From Phoronis australis (lineage: Eukaryota > Animalia > Phoronida), in contig NMRA01000052.1 in assembly GCA_002633005.1 (NCBI GenBank), positions 981,235 through 1,045,234 on the forward strand: DNA of 64,000 bases, read 5' to 3'. Under the pieces are notes generated by a model. The model was given only the letters and a program-made list of their open reading frames with translations. It ran no database searches and was not told the DNA's origin. A program made the translations under genes and the position numbers. This document shows, piece by piece, positions 25,101 through 39,000 of the stretch (position 1 is the stretch's first letter; every line of letters begins with the position of its first letter).

Positions 25101-28100
25101 AATTCAAAAAGTCCTTAACATGTCACTTAATTCTGAATAAAATGAGAACAGACTGGAGCTCATCAACAGCCGAGCATGGGACCATTTGAGGGACAAGTGC
25201 CTCACGTAACTAACGAATGCGTATATTTCTGTGGGCAGACAAGCACCACTGAGGGAATTTCGGCTCACCCATTGTGGTCTTCCCATTTCACGTCAATTTT
25301 CGCACACTTGACACCAAAAATAAGCATTTACTGCGTAAACTAAAATCGCCATTCAGCAGCGTACGGGTGCTTTATTAGACATGACTAAGAAGGCTGGAGA
25401 AAAATCATCTACGGAAAAAATCTTCAAATTGGGGTAAAACATTCGCCAAAATTGGCATTTTTCTATTTTTTACCAATGATTGATCTCTGCATTGTACAAA
25501 GCAAAGCGAAATTACATGTCACTTTTTGAGAAACTAGACTAAAAATTTCACTTGCCTGCCTCATTGTACTCAAAACCGAATTTTAACGTTATAAATCTGG
25601 AGGCACTTGAATGCACGCGCCAAAGTACACAGTCACAAAAATGGTTTCATAAACCTTGAAGGACTCGGAGAATGAGAACTTCTGTATACGGTAACACCAA
25701 ATTGTTAATAAAAACAACACAAATTTATCACAGTCAATAGACCAGTTTATTGAAAGCCGCAAGCCCAGAACAGAAGTATCAATATGGCACATCTTGAAAA
25801 TTCTTGACCATGGTTTGCAAATTTCCTTGTCTAATACTGAAAAAGTTTTCGAAAAGTCACAAAAGGTGGACACATTACAGAACACAATACATTATAAAAA
25901 GAACACATGTTGGAGCCACATGTGGCGCCAAGTTTGAAAACCATGTTCATGGTTCATGTTTCCAGGAGAAGTTCTTCTTAACGGTCACCCAGGACTTCAT
26001 CCACAAGCCTGAGCATTCAGTCAAAATATCTTCACTCTGTATAGTCTTTTAGTAGACAGCTGGTGGGATTTGATTTTTGCCATTGATTGGGTCACCTGAC
26101 CAAAATTTAACACAAAAGTAAGGCACATTCCATACAAAGCAACTGCAAGAATAACACCAGACCAAATTACGTTTTGATACAAATGTTCAAGATGGAGTCT
26201 AAAAAACACTATTATAACCAGCAGCATTCCATTTTCACTAAATGCAATTTGTGAGATTGTCCATGAAAGTCCTATCTTTAATAAAATCTTGCAAAGTGTG
26301 TCATTTTAAAACAATTCTCAAATCTAGGGTCCCCTACATAACCTTATAAAGCAAGCTGGTGTTCCTAATTTCACATATATTAACATATTTAATCAAATAG
26401 AGTTCATCACAGCAGGATACATTCCAGTTACATCCTGGGCTGTGCCAAAGAGGATACAATACAACCTGTCCAGCCCATTTCAAGAACTTTTGTTAATCAT
26501 CCAAGCAAGTAAGTATTCATCAATATATAATTTTAATTATAATATTATTAATACATAATAAGTAAATCACAGAGTCCCAGCCCAACATTGCTCCCAAACA
26601 GATGTGTACAGACAGACAGTATCAACCCTTATGTAGCCCTTTAGCCTTCGACTCCAGCTAACAAAACATTGTTAGTAATGTAATGACTGTCATAAACTAA
26701 ACAAAACAAGGCAAAGAGTTTCACTTTTAGCTTGTGTACAAATCAAATTGTTACAAAGAAAATACAGCGGTACACAGGTCTGCTATAGCAGACATTTGTT
26801 CAGATTGTTTGAAGTTGCAATTTAGACAATAACAAAACTCAAAATAATCCTCACCCAGCAACTGAGGTAGGAAAGCAGATTTTAAGACTGAACTACTTTT
26901 CGAAAGGTAAGACTGCCAACACACTTCATTCTGTGTTGACTAAGACTGTGCTAAGTGAAGAAAGATTTATCTTTACCTACTAAACCTTCCAATTTTTTAC
27001 GCTGGCATGACAACTCACTAGGCAACAACATGGATTGGTATTAAAACGATAAATTTCCAACCAATTAGCACTGCAGCAAAGAGACAAGTGCCCTACTGAG
27101 ATACAGCAGTGTGTGTAAAATAATACCCTTGAATCAGAGAGGGCTACGTGGTATTTCAGAAAGAGGCTGTAGTCAGAAAGTTTATCTCCTGACCACAGTG
27201 GGTTTTTATGGTGGTATCCCTTTGTTGAACATGTGAAGTACTGAGCTGGCAGCGAATATAACATTGGTTTAGACAATGAAATAAAAAAAATCTACACCAA
27301 CTCTGAATATTTGTGAAATATATTCCACGCCTGGTCCACTATATTAAAACTAATTTCAGTTTACTAAAGACGGGGTTACATTTTGACAAGAGCTAAGAAT
27401 TCAGAAATTATTCACAACAGACTGAACAAAAAAACAACATAACTGAATTTTTTACCAAAACATGTACTGGAAATTTCCATCAGAATGTACGTTCGGGGGC
27501 ATATAGAAGGAAAGTTTTCGAAAAATACACCTACACGACAGAATTTTAAATTTTTTTGAATGGTGGAACTTCACAAATTTCACAGGACTTTCGACCCCAG
27601 GATACACAGTTTCCTTCTCGTGACCTTGTTTCCCATTTGGTGACCCCGGGAATTTTGCCAGATAGTATTTGGCAAGTTGACATTATGTTTAACTTCAAGC
27701 CTTGCAGCACTAAATTACAAATATACAAATGGCATATATCCTGGGTAGGAGATAGCATTCTGCTAAAATGGCCTAGTTGGTTCTGGTAAGGGTTTTTTTT
27801 GGAAAATTATAGTGGTGCAGCAATATTTTTTAGTAGGATGGGCAGTTGACACAGATTCTTTTCAGGAAGTTTTAATAAACAAACTAATTAAATTTTTTTT
27901 CTAAAAATAGTACAAGCAAGGGTCATTTTATTTTCTAATTTTAAGCAGACACGCACAGGTTTCAAAAAGAGTAGTGGCGCAGGCCAGAAACAAATAAAAT
28001 TTTTGGCCATACCAGTGTTTGGAAGCTAAAAGGACGGAAACAGCACATGACGAATAATTCTACATTCATGATAAAAATGATGATAATGATGTTGTTAATG

Positions 28101-28612
28101 AATGATGATGACTAGTAAAAAACTGTCAACTTGCGATCGCTTGATTAAGGAGTACGGATCAAATTTTGCGTTGTGGAGAGAACAAAGCCAATGCAAAATC
28201 ACTGAGCAATGATAATCTCACATCCAACTACTTTGCAAGCACTTCTGCAGCTATGACCTTAAGGGGAACAACACCACTTACATATGGTCTAAGTTAAGAA
28301 GACAGTACTTCCTCGTGCGACTGAGCTAAGAATTAAGATGACATATAATAACTTTAAGGCTTTTGACAAAAATGACTAGATTCACAGGATGAAATTGTGA
28401 AAACTTCAATTGGTAATTAAAAATATATCTAACCGCACAAAATTTAAGGACGAATCACAATAAAGGATTGCATTAAGTCCATCTAAACTGTAGATAAAGC
28501 ATGAAGCATACATCAGGTTAATCAGTCATTCACTGAGCATGATATAAATTCACGGAATTTAATCTCTAACATATCATAATGTACAATTTTTAAAAGCATG
28601 AATCTTCCAACT

Positions 28613-31600
28613 CTAATGACGACTTTCGCGTTCCTGAGCAAACTTTAATCGACGGAAGAACAACTCTTTGGCAAAGCTATACAGCTTGTTATCCAATGCA
28701 TTCACTGCACGGACACCCTTGAGATCGTCATCGCTTAAACCGTCATAGGCCTTCATTGCTTTTGTTCTGTCATACTGTTCAAAATCAGGACTGAACTTCA
28801 GGTGAAACGTCTGCTCAAACAGGTACTGAGATTCCTTCTGGTATTCAGTTAGCCCAAAGTAGGCCATGTCTTTCAGGTTGTTAATCGCACTCTCCACTAA
28901 TAAGCTTTCCCTTCTACGCGTTGACATCAACGACGTGTCATAGCACCCTACTTTGGTCAAATTGGCCATCATGCGGACTTGTCTGTTGATGGCCAGGTTG
29001 TGCTTACATGAATAGAACTCCCAAAGTGAGACGCCCTTCCAATCGGCGCCTTCGTAACAGAAAGGGACTTCAGCTAGTGAAGCCTCACGACCATTGCACA
29101 GTAGCCTCGCCTTATCCCACGTAGCGCCACGCTGGACATGTCGCCACTCACTCAGAAAACGGAGCTCTGGGTCTCTCAACATAGTGATATAGTAGTACCT
29201 GTGGGAAGCAATATCAAAATTTGCTTTTAAACTTTACAGTAAAATCTTGTCAAACGAGGGCGCAATTGCATGAAACGGTCCCAAATAGGGACTTGACAAT
29301 GTTCCTGAACTTTTCACTGCATTTGTAGACTTATGAAAACCCTGACTGAACTCTTTAATACAGTTTTGTTTTCACTAGTCTACCATATCAGTTTTTAGCT
29401 TGAAGGTTATCTCGAACCTTATTTAGTGACCTTTATTCTAACTCATATATAAAAAACCAGGCAATGTCAAGAAGTAAAAAATAAATATTTTCTGAAACGA
29501 AAAAGATCAGACTGAGACAAAAATGTTTTATATTGATGTGACATTATTAGTATTACGTTAACACTTTTTTAAGTCAAAATTTCATTTTAATAAAGGTACA
29601 TCCATAGCAAACAACCCCTAGGACGATTTTAATGAAACTCATTATAAATGAAAACTTCACCATTTACCTAAAAAACGTTGTTCGGAATTTTTAATTACTT
29701 ACTTAGTATTACTGCTATGCCAAATTAACTCGACAAGCATAAGGTATTTTTTGTAAAAAATAGCAGAGTTTAAACGGAAAATCCTAACAGAGTTTTTGAG
29801 ACAGATGAAGAAATGTTACAACTGGAAAGTTTCATTGAAATTCAATGAGCCATTTTCGCGAGCTCGTGTTCCCAAGTTGAAATTACCTTGATTTGCCAAG
29901 GCGAGAAAAGGCAGGTGTCACCAGTCTTTGGAATTTGACAGTTGTCGCTTAATTATTCGGTGAAAGACACACAGATTTAGCCAACTCAGCTGGGTCCCTA
30001 TTTGGGACCATTTCATTTATTCAAGTAAATATTACAGAGAAATATTTTTTTCAATTCCCATTCTATCATAAGACAGATAGCAGAGAACTAAAGCTTTTAA
30101 GTTTTAATCCAAAGAATGTACCATCACATGTTTTGAGCAAAGGATGTGTATTCTTAACAATTTTTAAAAGCCTTTGAAAAAAAAGGAATATCATGTCTGG
30201 CAACTATTTTTTTCTAACACTATGACACTTCGTCATCTTTTTAAAGTAGCCTGCAGGTGCTCACAATGACCATCAGTCTAGTTGAAACCATGCAAGGGTA
30301 TGTACACTTTAAAATTACCTGCAGTGCAAATATTGTCTGTGATTGTCTAATCAATTACTTGAAAAAGCTAGGCGACAACATTTAAATTCCTAGTCCAATT
30401 AAACCACCATGCCTCATGCACTGCCTTTCTGTTGCCGTTTTTTGCTTGTTCAGTCCACCATTTTTATGTTTGAGTGAGTAATACAGACTAGAAAAAACAA
30501 GTCTTGCCAAGGAAAAATTGTCTTGCCGAATAAAAATATCACAGTTGCTTATGGGGCCAAGTAGATCTTATCTGTTGATTCAGTGATCAGATAATTCACG
30601 GCAAAGTTGTTTTCATTCGGTTGACCTCGACTTTTGAAATGATGCACCAGGGGGCTTCAGTTAAGACTGCCATTTGTTGAGAATTCTTGGTCGCACTTGA
30701 CAAGACTATTATCCATAATGCCGCAGAGCACTCTGATTAGGATTCCGTTCCCCACACTAAGCAGAGGAAAGCTGCCACACAATCAGAATCCAAACTACAC
30801 AATACCTGGGAAACGCATTATCCAAGATAACTTCACTTTCGTTGTAGCACCCTCTCCAAAGTCAATGGTTCTTTTACAAAGAGAGAAGAAACACAAATGG
30901 CATAAAACCAAAATGCATCAATCGTCCCAAGGAAAACACGGTTCATTGGCCATTTTTATCATTTTCAGAAACGGGTCCTGAAAAGTTTTCTAGGTCCTAA
31001 GAAAAGCACTGTTTATCCACCATTGATACCGGTTTCAGAAGTTGGTCTTTCAAGAAGTCCCGAGAAGCGCAGGATTGCCAAACCAATAGTAGCGGTTCGT
31101 CAGTGTCCGCGAACTTCGCCAGTCAACCTGGGCAAGCATACAACCCGAAGGCAAAATTAGTGCAAGCTGTCGCGCTGTGCTACAATGCAACTGGCATAAC
31201 CAGACGGTAGAAGTTCCTCACCTGTAGTCAACGACACAGCTGGCAGATATCCATTACGACAGTGAGTACATTTTACCCACCTACCACCTATCTCCCCAAA
31301 CAGGGGAAACCGTTGTGTCAGCGGACGCTGACGCATGCATGGAATTGAATTTTGCGCAGGTTTCTGCGACAGAATAAATTGTTACCATTTGTGCATTCTA
31401 CCCTATCTTGTGCCACAGTTGACGCTGACTGGCAAATACCGACTAACTCAAACGAAAATTCTTCACATATCATCCAATGAAAAGAAAAGTTCTGCATGAT
31501 GTGCAAGAGCGGTCAAGAAATTATCAGGGAAATGAATTTACCCTGACCAGTGACTGTGACACTGGCACTAGTCATACGTATCATAACAGGGCACTACTCC

Positions 31601-32886
31601 AAGGTCCAGTACTCCAAAAAACAATTAGCTGGAAAGTCCCCCCAAAAAATCATCACAATGTCCCAAATTCGTTTTGCGACATATTCTGGTAGGCGTCCCG
31701 CATCTTATCTCTCCTAATCTTTTTTGAAGTTTCTGTTTACAATTTTTTGTTTTTCAATCACATTTTGGCCATTTTTACACTTTGAACGTCACATCCCCAA
31801 GAAAGTGTAAAAACGGTCAGTTGCCGATTTGTGTAACTGAACAAAGGACAATTCGAAAAAAGTGTGACTATGAGAGTACTTAAAAGAATTTGTTCGAGCT
31901 GCGTAGAGTTAAAGACATCAATGACCTTCTAAGATGTCCCTCTATGCATAAAAGGTACGAATATAGCTATGTGACTTTGATAGTTTCATCAGTGTGGCAC
32001 AATTTTCTGAAAAGCTTGACGTATGGAGGGCCTATGCCTTGGGAAGACAATCGAAGTCCGTCTCCAGTAGAGATGGTGGCGCTGGTCGGATTAGTGGTTT
32101 TTGATTTAGAGAACCAGTTTCATCCACTAAATAATTGTGATTGCCTGGTTCTCTAAATCAAGGACCACCACATCTGACCAGTGCCCACATGGTGGCACTG
32201 TCTCTGGAATAACCCAGTAGTACCAATACTCACAATTTTTATCAGAATTTGAATTATTTTCACCTGCGATATCTGACTTTATTTTCAAGTTGACTGATGG
32301 CCTTCCCCACACATCCTGTTAATACAGTCCAATCTGCATGGAGTCCGCAAATCCAGCCAGTGGAACCTCTACTGATTATCCATACGTTGCCTTTTGAATT
32401 CCTGCATTCAGAGACTTTTGTGCCCTGAACTTTTTTACACGGAGAGCCAACAATGTCTGATACTAGATGCCGTCCAAATGTTGTTCCACCAGTCTTTTGG
32501 ATATGTAAATTAACAAGAACCTGGTTATCATGAAAACTGAACGGAAAATTTCTTTCAACAAGATGACGGGGAAATTCGGCGACTTTGACAACATTGTCTA
32601 CGACTGGGAAGCTCTTGCTACCCTGATTTTCCTTATCACCACCATTTTCTGACATTCCAGTCAGAACTCGTAGGTTTTCGACGTCCTGCGACACAGGCGG
32701 GCGACCGCTTTGATTGGAAAAACGTCTGTCGTATTTGGACACGTCGAAAGTTTTGTGAGATTCTCCACATGTTTCTTCAGAACAAAAATAACTGATATAA
32801 ACATATATAGTCACAGCTAACACCAGGCCCGGTATAAGAGTATACTTAACGAAGCGCTTATCCAGTCGCATCCTCACGTTGTTCAT
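28613..32886 (-). CDS. HS6ST: Heparan-sulfate 6-O-sulfotransferase (type II Golgi membrane protein), 402 aa
   Basis: Exon 1 32886-32264 (N-terminal TM LIPGLVLAVTIYVYISYF; 5'-PSB motif HIQKTGGTTFGRHL; TGWICGLHADWT) and exon 2 29198-28613 (YYYITMLRDPELRFLSEWRHVQRGATW; NLAINRQVRMMANL; FGLTEYQ). Phase-2 GT-AG intron joins in frame; 1209 nt total. Confidence 0.97.
29258..30016. mobile_element. MITE (family A) in HS6ST intron
   Basis: Left end gggcgcaattgcatgaaacggtcccaaatagggacttgac and right end gggtccctatttgggaccatttcat are inverted copies of each other and match the element at 6875-7305. Confidence 0.65.
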
Positions 32887-33018
32887 GAAAACCTATTAAC
32901 ATTATTTCGGAAACATCACTCAAGGACCACATTCCTATCCCCCTCCCATTCCCATGTACCTTTGCGTTTCCTCTAACAGTGCTTTTAAACACTGTCGCAC
33001 GGGGCGCTAGTGAAGAAA
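32887..33018. promoter_or_regulatory. Putative compact bidirectional promoter between HS6ST and MRPL19
   Basis: Only 132 bp between divergent start codons. A YY1-like AAAATGGCTGC overlaps the MRPL19 ATG. Confidence 0.6.
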
Positions 33019-36000
33019 ATGGCTGCGCTCAGGAAGATTGTGCGTGTTTGCTTGCCAAATACTTTGGCAAAGTTTCAGAATGTATCTGGTAAATATTTGC
33101 AATTTAGTACCTAATTTGATGAGTGGGTATGGTAGCTTCGAAGAAAGAGAAACGCGACTTATTCTCTTTTAAAAATTTTATTGGTCTTAAAACGGCCCTT
33201 TAATCATCTGGCCTAGACAGCCAGGTAGGTAGGCAATGTCAATGACCATCGCCTCTGTTGGCCCGAAGCAGAGGCGATGTAGAGGCTATAGGCGCTCTGT
33301 ACGCCGGAAGCTTTTCGGCGAATTATGCCTCGCACCGACTAAACCATCAAAGTCACGTTGTTATAAATACCTTTAGCGCATAGACGAACACCTTCCTTAG
33401 GAGGTTGTCGATGTGTTTAATTCCTTCCAACTCGAACAAATACTCCCGTTATGAAACTTTTTCTTCGAGCAGTCCCTATTTCAGTTCCCAAAATCGTGAA
33501 CTCAACTTTTTTATACTGCGCACGCTCCAATTCATGACCTCAATCTTTAAATAGGCCAAAGGTGAGCCATTGCGGTCTTGGCAGTCAAATGTTCGTTTCC
33601 AGAATGCCACCACTTATACTTGTCTTTAATTGGCGTTACTTGAAACTGATTGTATTTCAATGAATCATTGTTTGTATTTGATAAAAACAAATGCTGTTGA
33701 TATGACATTTAATAGTCTTTTTGCACATATTTGACATTTTAATGTTTAACAACGCGGCAAATGCACGGCTGGTTCCCGGCAGCACGTACGCGAAGGGCGG
33801 GAACTTCAGCTTTCAAAGTTCGCCGGTAGGTCCGCAACTTCTGACCTTCGGCCTGGTTAAAAAAATGAAAAAGTTGAGTTCACGATTTTGGGAACTGAAA
33901 TAGGGACTGCTCGAAGAAAAAGTTTCATAACGGGAGTATTTGTTCGAGTTGGAAGGAATTAAACACATCGACAACCTCCTAAGGTGTTCCTCTATGCGCA
34001 AAAGGTATTTGTAACAACGTGACTTTGATGGTTTAGTCGGTGCGAGGCATAATTCGCCGAAAAGCTTCCGGCGTACAGAGCGCCTATAGCCTCTACATCG
34101 CCTCTGCTTCGGGCCAACAGAGGCGATGGTCATTGCCTACCAGGTAGGTAGACAGTGACCACTGACCACTGTCTCTAAATCTAATGCCCGATGGCACTGC
34201 CAGTAGAGACAGTGGAGCTCCTATAGGAACTTCATATGCCGGAAGCCTTTCGGCGAATTATGCCTCGCACTGACTAAAACATCAAAGTCACGTTGTTTTA
34301 AATATGGGTTTTGCGCACAGAGGTACGCTGGAGTTAAGACTAGGTCTAGGAGGCCGTCAATGTATTTAATTCCTTCCAACTTGAACAAATACTCCCGTTA
34401 TCATACTTTTTCTTCGAGCAGTCCCTTGTTCAGTTCCCAAAATCGGTAACTCGCCATTTTTAGGACTGTATGTGGCAGGTGGTATGACGTCTTATCCCTT
34501 GCCCAGCTGGCATGCGCAGTGTAATAATGGTGAATTACCGATTTTTGGGAACTGAACGAGGGACTGCTCGAAGAAAAAGTTTGATATTAGGAGTATTTGT
34601 TCGAGTTAAAAGGAATTAAATACATCGATGGCCTCCTAAGATGTCCATCTATGCGCAAAAGGTAAATAACTACGTGGCTTTGACGTTTTAGTCAGTGTGA
34701 GGCATAATTTGTCGTAAAGCTTCCGGCGTATGAAGCATGGTGGTAGTAGGACGGTGGTCACTGCAAAATCTGGTGGTCAAACTACACTCACCTTGCCCGT
34801 TACAGCCGTTTAAGTGAAAATAAACTATCTAATAAGTGTCATTTTCTTGCGTAATTCTCTGCCTTTTATAACAGTGATAAGTATGTAGACGTTTTGAAAA
34901 CAGTACGCTCATGTCACGCGCACACGCCATTTCCTAAATTTTTGCAACAGCTTCTCAGCAGCACAATTTGTTCTGAAATCCCATTTACTAGTCTCAAAAC
35001 TCTAAAAACCTATAATGAAGTGAAACCAATTCTGATAATGTGTTGTGACGGATACACAACCTCGGGAAAAGGCAACAGTTGATTGAAGAATCGGTGAAAA
35101 AGGAAACTGGCCAATAAGGTGACGCAATATTTTATGGTGCCGAAATCCAACGCAAAAGATCGTACCACAATTTTAACTACAGAATAACGATAGAATGCCA
35201 ATTTTTCCAACACCAGTAAATAATTTAGTTTACTCAAGCAAGAGTGTACTTTTTAATGACACTAATTTTGTGTCAGCTCTGGTAAGTTCTTTACCCACAT
35301 CAGCACAAAACTGAATATTTAGTTTACAGCTTTGTACCAAGGCTAGGCTGGGCCCAGTCAGTAAACCAACCACTAATTCTAGGGTAAGGGTGAAAGTGTA
35401 GAATCAAGTGCCATACACTGACTCTGACTCTAGGCATTGTCCATCCACTACAGGATGTAGCCCTCCGACAATGCCTTCCAATTTGTTCTGTCTCTTGCTG
35501 CTCTCATCCACGTTGTGCCTCTCGTCTTCACGATGTCATCTCTCCAGCTAGCTTGGCGCCGTCCTCTTGATCTCTTTCCATATCTGGGTTGCCACTCTGT
35601 GCATCTTTTTGTCCATCTGTTGTCCTGTGCTCTGGCGACGTGTCTGCCCCACCTTCATTTCAATTTCAGAATTGTCTTGATTATGTCCATGACTCCTGTT
35701 TGTTCCCTTTTCTCTCTGTGTGGAATCCTGTCTAGTAACTTTATTCCAAGCATTTTTCTCTCCATTGCTCTCTGTGTTGTTCTTAGCTTGGCAGTTGTCT
35801 GTTTTGTTAAGGTCCATGTTTGGCATCCATAGGTGATTGTAGGGATGATGCACTGGTCAAATACTTTTCTTTTCTGGGATATGGGTATGTTCTTATCTTG
35901 GAATATACACATCACCCTTAAATTGTGTGTCAAATATCAACTCACACGCATCGAAATTGCGATTGTGTGAACATATTTATCTTAAGGATAATACAGCAAA

Positions 36001-39000
36001 TAAAGTACACAGAAATCGAGGCCTTCAGCTTCGAAAGAACTTATTCACTTGTAGACAGTGACCACCGTCTCTAGCTAGCCCCAATAGAGACAGTGAAGCT
36101 CCAACAGAAGCTTCATATGCCAGAACCTTTGTGGCGAATTACCCATTTGGACTACTGAATGAAGGACTGGTGGAAGAAAAGGTTTGATTACGTGAGTATT
36201 TGTTCCAGTTGGAAGGATTTAAAGACATCAACAGCCTCCTAAGGTGCTCTTCTATGTGCCAAATGTATTTAAAACAATGTGAATTTGTTGTTTGAATCAA
36301 TGTGAGCCGTGAGGCATAATTCGCCAGCTAGAGACGGTGGTCACTGTCTACGAGTGAATAAGTTCTTTTGAAGCTGAAGGGCTCGATTTTGGTGCACTTA
36401 TATTTGAAGTATTCACTGGGCTCATTGGCTGGCATTCGGGTCACCGCATGACATCATTAGGTAAAAAACTAAGGGTAGAAGGTGGTAGATGATTTGATTC
36501 GTTGTTGTTAGAGAAAGGTAAAAAGAGGCAAAATATAACCGGTAAGACTGTTTGCGGTTTTCTAAACGTGTCAAGGAAATTGATTTGGTTAGTACTAATA
36601 CACTGAACAAGAATTTTCCTCACAGACTTTTGGTTTATATCCATTTCATCAAGTGGTGAAAAGCCCTCCGGTGGACCTGGCTAGAGTGTGCCTGGCCTAG
36701 CGAGCCAGCTGTTAGAGTCCAGTAAACAGTGCCATAGCAGTAGAGACGGTGGTGCTCCCATAGGGCCTTCATATGCTAGAAGCTTTTCGGCGAATTATGC
36801 CTCACTCTGATTAAGCCATCGAAGTCACGTTGTTATAAATATCTTTTGTGCTTAGAGGGGCGTCTTAGGCTGTCGGTGTCTTTAATTCCTTCCAACTCAA
36901 ACAAATACTCCCATAATCAAAGGTTTTTTGAACAGTTCTTAGTTCAGTTGCCCAAATCGGCAATTGGTCCTTTTTTCATCGCATGCGCCAGGGGATATGA
37001 CGTATTTCCTGGCGCATTAATTAATTAGTTAATATGAGAGAAGTCATCGGAAAATCTCAAATAACCAGAGAACTGCAACTCTTGGAGAAAAACAAATGGC
37101 ATGTTCCTGATAGCCAGTGAAATGGTCTACATTCTGAAAAAAATCAGAGACAGTGAAGCCATAAGCTACACAAAGCAAAATAGTTAAAAATGGTTACCAT
37201 CGTGCTTGTGATTTCAACCAGCTAAGGTAATTGAGTACTCAAAACTGCTGACGAAGTGAAAGCATTTTTGCACCATGTGGACAATCCAAGTGCCTCCCTT
37301 CTTAGTAATCGTTAGTTCATTTTTGTCCACACATGTCCACTTTGTCTTACAGTTGTACCGTGTCGATGGTCCAACCGCCTACCCAACAGAACATTAGAGC
37401 GTTCCCGGAACTCCAAACTAACACAATCTACAGAGGAGGATGATAAGCTAGATGAGGTGTACCCACTCGTGGCTCCGAGGGAGTACAGGTGAGCTGATGG
37501 TCTGGTAAAATGTGACTGACAATATTTTATACACAGCAAATCCACACGTTTTTTTAGAAGGAGTAGTATCTTTGGAACGATTTTTGAGTTTTAGATAGTA
37601 AGGTTTGCTTCCAATCAGAATGGCTTAAGACGGCTGTAAAGCCATCTGTAGTGGAACAAGAGCGTATTTATAGCCAGTAGTGCCTGAAGTTGAGGTTGTA
37701 GCCACTACAAAAAGTTTTGTGATGATGTATGTAATGAGAGAAGTGCCTAACTAAATTCGCACGCCCTTAGGAGACCTTGCTATCGAACTGAGAATTATAG
37801 TTTCTCATTGTTTCAAAGTGAGCTTGTATTTAGTTCAAACAGGTTTGCTCTGTACATGGGCAATTTGTGCACCACGTGTTTTGCAATAATTCAACTTGCA
37901 TTACTGTTATTTTATGCAGGCATGTGTACCCAGAGTTTTTACCTGACCCCAATTGGTTGAACAGAGACTACCTTACGGAGAAACTGGAGCGGAGAGAGAT
38001 GCTGAGGAGACGTCAGAACATTGCTATCCCAGAATTCTATGTTGGTACGTGCTCTGTTCGTGGCACTAATTTTAAGGCTCTGTTAATTTCACAAGCTGCG
38101 TTTTTATGCTAACGCAAGTTCATGAAAAATATCTGCCTGTGTTAAGTGGACTTTTTGTGACCTTTCGTCAGATGGTTTTCTGTACTGTACAATCTATGCT
38201 AGTAATAGACTAAAGTTTTTTTGCCATGCCGTGTGCTTAATAAATGAATGTACACCATTTTCGTATTTCTATTCATGTTGACCAATCACAGATCTGTTCA
38301 GCATTGATATTGTTGTTGCAGGGTCGATAATGGCTGTCACAGTCTCTGATCCTCACGCTCCGGGCAAGCAGAATCGTTTTGTAGGCATATGCATAGATAG
38401 AGGGGGCCACGGACTGAGGGCTCACTTCACATTGAGGAACGTCGTAGACGGACAAGGTAATCACCTTGCAAAGCATTGGGTACCATTACAGGTTTTAGAT
38501 CGGATAAAATAGGGCCGTCCCGAATTAGTCAGGGACACTCGAATCTCGCTGTATTCACCTACATTGTCATAAACATCTATTGTTGTTGTGTCACTGGAGT
38601 TTAGCATGTGATTTGTTATTGTTTGATTCTTTACAAGTTTTTCTCAGTTGCATTACTCTATTCGTACTTCCAACGCCAACGAAGTATTACTGCTGTGTTG
38701 TGGGCTGCGGCTCTGACGTGAAAAAGTTTGATAAACTGGACATTCCCGTGGATGCGTGATCTGAAATTTTTCACCTGCCTGACATCAATGAGAAACACGA
38801 AAATGTGCCTGATTTCCAAAACTAGGTCACGCGCTTTCTTATCTCCAGGACAAAGGAGAGTTCTATCGCTGTGTAATTCGGGATGGCCCTATTCTGTTTC
38901 TCTATCATGACTAATAATGACCTGCTACAACTCGTCGTTTAATCTGCGCTGATTGAATTCTGCCACCATTATGGGCAATTCCGGTTGCCCTCAGTTGTCA

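Noticed and set aside
21500-28600. Assorted 60-141-aa ORFs between LRCH and HS6ST
   Set aside because: No recognisable domains or coherent exon chain; consistent with UTR, intergenic and decayed repeat sequence.
33813-34133. 106-aa minus-strand ORF
   Set aside because: Lies inside a fold-back repeat arm; the sister arm has a stop and indels, so it is not a gene.
37719-37795. GTGATGA...CTGA in MRPL19 intron 2 as a C/D snoRNA
   Set aside because: Weak terminal stem, no clear C'/D' boxes and no rRNA complementarity I can recognise; would need snoscan or Infernal.
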